A DNA stretch of 64,000 nucleotides from Bugula neritina (lineage: Eukaryota; Animalia; Bryozoa): assembly GCA_964035545.1 (NCBI GenBank), contig CAXIUT010000289.1:62001-126000 (forward strand). Reading direction: 5' to 3'. Below are positions 61,891 to 64,000 of this stretch, one piece after another. The position numbers and the translations under genes were made by a program. How positions within the stretch are numbered: position 1 is the stretch's first letter; each line of letters begins with the position of its first letter. The notes under the pieces were generated by a model. That model was not told the DNA's origin. It saw only the letters and a program-made list of their open reading frames with translations, and ran no database searches.

Positions 61891-64000
61891 AGTTGACTGG
61901 CATTCCATTCTATCAGTGGAAATTGGTTGCAATAAAAATTTGGGACCAACAAATGAGAGTTGCGGTTTCCAGTTAGAATATTCAAATTAATTCAACTGTG
62001 GGCAAAAACGTTGGTGGAGCCAATTCACCGGTTGACTGAAGATTGCATCAGCTATCTCACCAGGTGTACCACCTTTTTCAAATGTAACTCTAAAAGTGAT
62101 AGCACGCACTGGTGACAGCTGGTAAGCTACGGAGCCCGGTTTAACAGCAACAGCTACCGTTGAGAGTATGTCTACTAGTAAAATTTTTTTCATTAATTAA
62201 AATTTAATTTAGTAGTCCACAGCAGTCACACTTTATCATAATGATAGAGCTGGAACTCCTGATGTCAGGTGAGCTCACTGATGGCTTGGAGTTGAGTAAT
62301 CGCCCGGATGGTTTACTAAAACCAGGAGGTTGATTGATTATTTGATTTGGTCAAGGTTTTGTACTGACTGGGTGGAGTACCCTACAAAAGACTGTGTGAT
62401 TTGATGACTGACTACAGTTCTGAATCTGTGTACTCTGTTGCAGGTAAGATTGGCCCCGGTTTGCCGGGGAAGCGGGCAATGATGGATCTACCTTCCATTC
62501 CTTGGGAGGTGATTTCCACCGACGGACTGGAGCTCTTATCCAACTTACATTTTTCGTCACCATCAGCTGAACAGCCACCACCTGATGTTCAGGCTGTAAA
62601 ATCTTCTACCATTACGGGTCACTTAGAATCACCTCAAGTACTGTTAAATAAATCTGCATGAATCACTCGACACACCAAGTTACTTATAAAAGCCATCCTT
62701 GTGGCCGATCAAAACAGACAATGTACCGAATGTTTACTATGGAAAGATTAACAGTACTTGCTCCACAACATTTTGCCGTTTTATTCTGCCACTGTGGCGT
62801 GCATCATTTTTATCGTGACTATGTTCTTAAACAGCAGCGTATGGCTGGATGTTATGTATAGGGCACATCTATGAGGTAGATAAGGACAATTATCTTAAAT
62901 TCGGGATCTTATTCTTTCCCATGTTCCATCATCAGCACAGAGTGTGTTCTTTCTTCAAGGTTTCCCCAACACTAGGCAAACCGTGAAAAGTGACTTTGAC
63001 AATATAAATGCATCCCCGGATCTAGTCGGCCCTCTTCCATTTGTCGCAGAGACTCGTCCCCTCTGTGTAGTGGTAGCCCGTCCTGACCAGAGAACTTGCA
63101 CTTTAGCCAACAACATTTCTCCTTCTTTTTCATCTCTTTCAGTTCTGCATCGTAAGAAAAGACAAAAGACTGAGGCAACCCCTAACCCTAGTGAGATTCT
63201 TGACTGGGACATCTAAGTCCAAATGGACAAGTTGCTGCGGCGCTTCTCTCGTCTGTGCAAAGAACAGCGCCGCACCACCTTAGAGCTGACCCGCCTACAA
63301 GACTTACTACGTAGCAGGCAGTCTCTCACAAATGATTAATATCTACTTTGCTTGGTAATACAAGGATGTCCTGTGTTCATTCCTAGTGTGCTGCACTCGG
63401 CTGGTGGTGGTGTAGGTTTTAAAGTGCTTTGTTTATTATATTCTTCCCACTACCATCTATACGCTCTGTTGCCCTTACAAATTGATTGGTTGCTGACTAC
63501 CTGACTGAATGAATACTCTACATCAGCACAAGGCTGTGTGTATATAAAAAGACAATCTTGCACCAGCCCTACATTGTATAGCAGTGGAATCAGCTTAGTA
63601 TAGTAGATCTGATTCTTGTACTTTTCTTACTCATGTAATGTTTTCACTCTTTTAGTTTTTGGCACTTCGTCAATAATTTAGCATGCAATAAATATTGGAT
63701 CATATTATACTCGTACTGTTGCTTCATATAAATGGACTATATTCACTCGCACCATACCAGCTCATGCTCTAATCTAAATAACCTTTCAGGCAATGTGAAC
63801 TATCGGTATAAATTCACAACAATACTTACTCCACTAATTTATTCTTACAGGTAACATTGTGAAACTAGTAAAGCATTACTCCATTATTTGTAGACATTGT
63901 TGAGTAAATATCTTAAACCAGCACACAGAGTGTTATTGTCTCGAGTAATAGAGTGATGGCAGTATCTTGGCGTTTCATAGAATTTGCCGACCTTTTTGTA

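Noticed and set aside
61987-63260. Short ORFs in moderately GC-rich DNA
   Set aside because: No recognisable domain or consistent exon chain; probably decayed element sequence.

Overview
AT-rich, intron-rich eukaryotic DNA from an invertebrate animal (a lophotrochozoan is plausible; the species cannot be determined from sequence alone). The first ~31 kb is a compact gene cluster reconstructed by hand with in-phase GT-AG junctions. It holds the 5' end of an unidentified minus-strand gene, CHMP1B (first coding intron is U12-type), a 12-exon catalase with two alternative last exons, MRPL21 head-to-head with CSTF2, and a secreted three-Kunitz-domain protein with a probable GPI signal. The remaining ~33 kb is repeat-rich: a (TA)n tract with an inverted triplication, two solo LTRs, decayed Gypsy and RTE fragments, tRNA-derived SINEs, and a very young intact Mag-type Gypsy element. 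It also contains an 8-exon gene, not visible in the ORF track, encoding a zinc-ribbon + Thr-rich + chromodomain protein. Two architectural patterns stand out. (1) Many internal introns carry their own private minisatellite, and several arrays are tandem copies of the adjacent splice site: decoy acceptors in catalase and an in-frame donor ladder in the Kunitz gene. (2) The region just downstream of most gene starts carries a strand-symmetric 3/6-nt-periodic low-complexity island not seen in internal introns. All calls are from reading the sequence; no searches were run.
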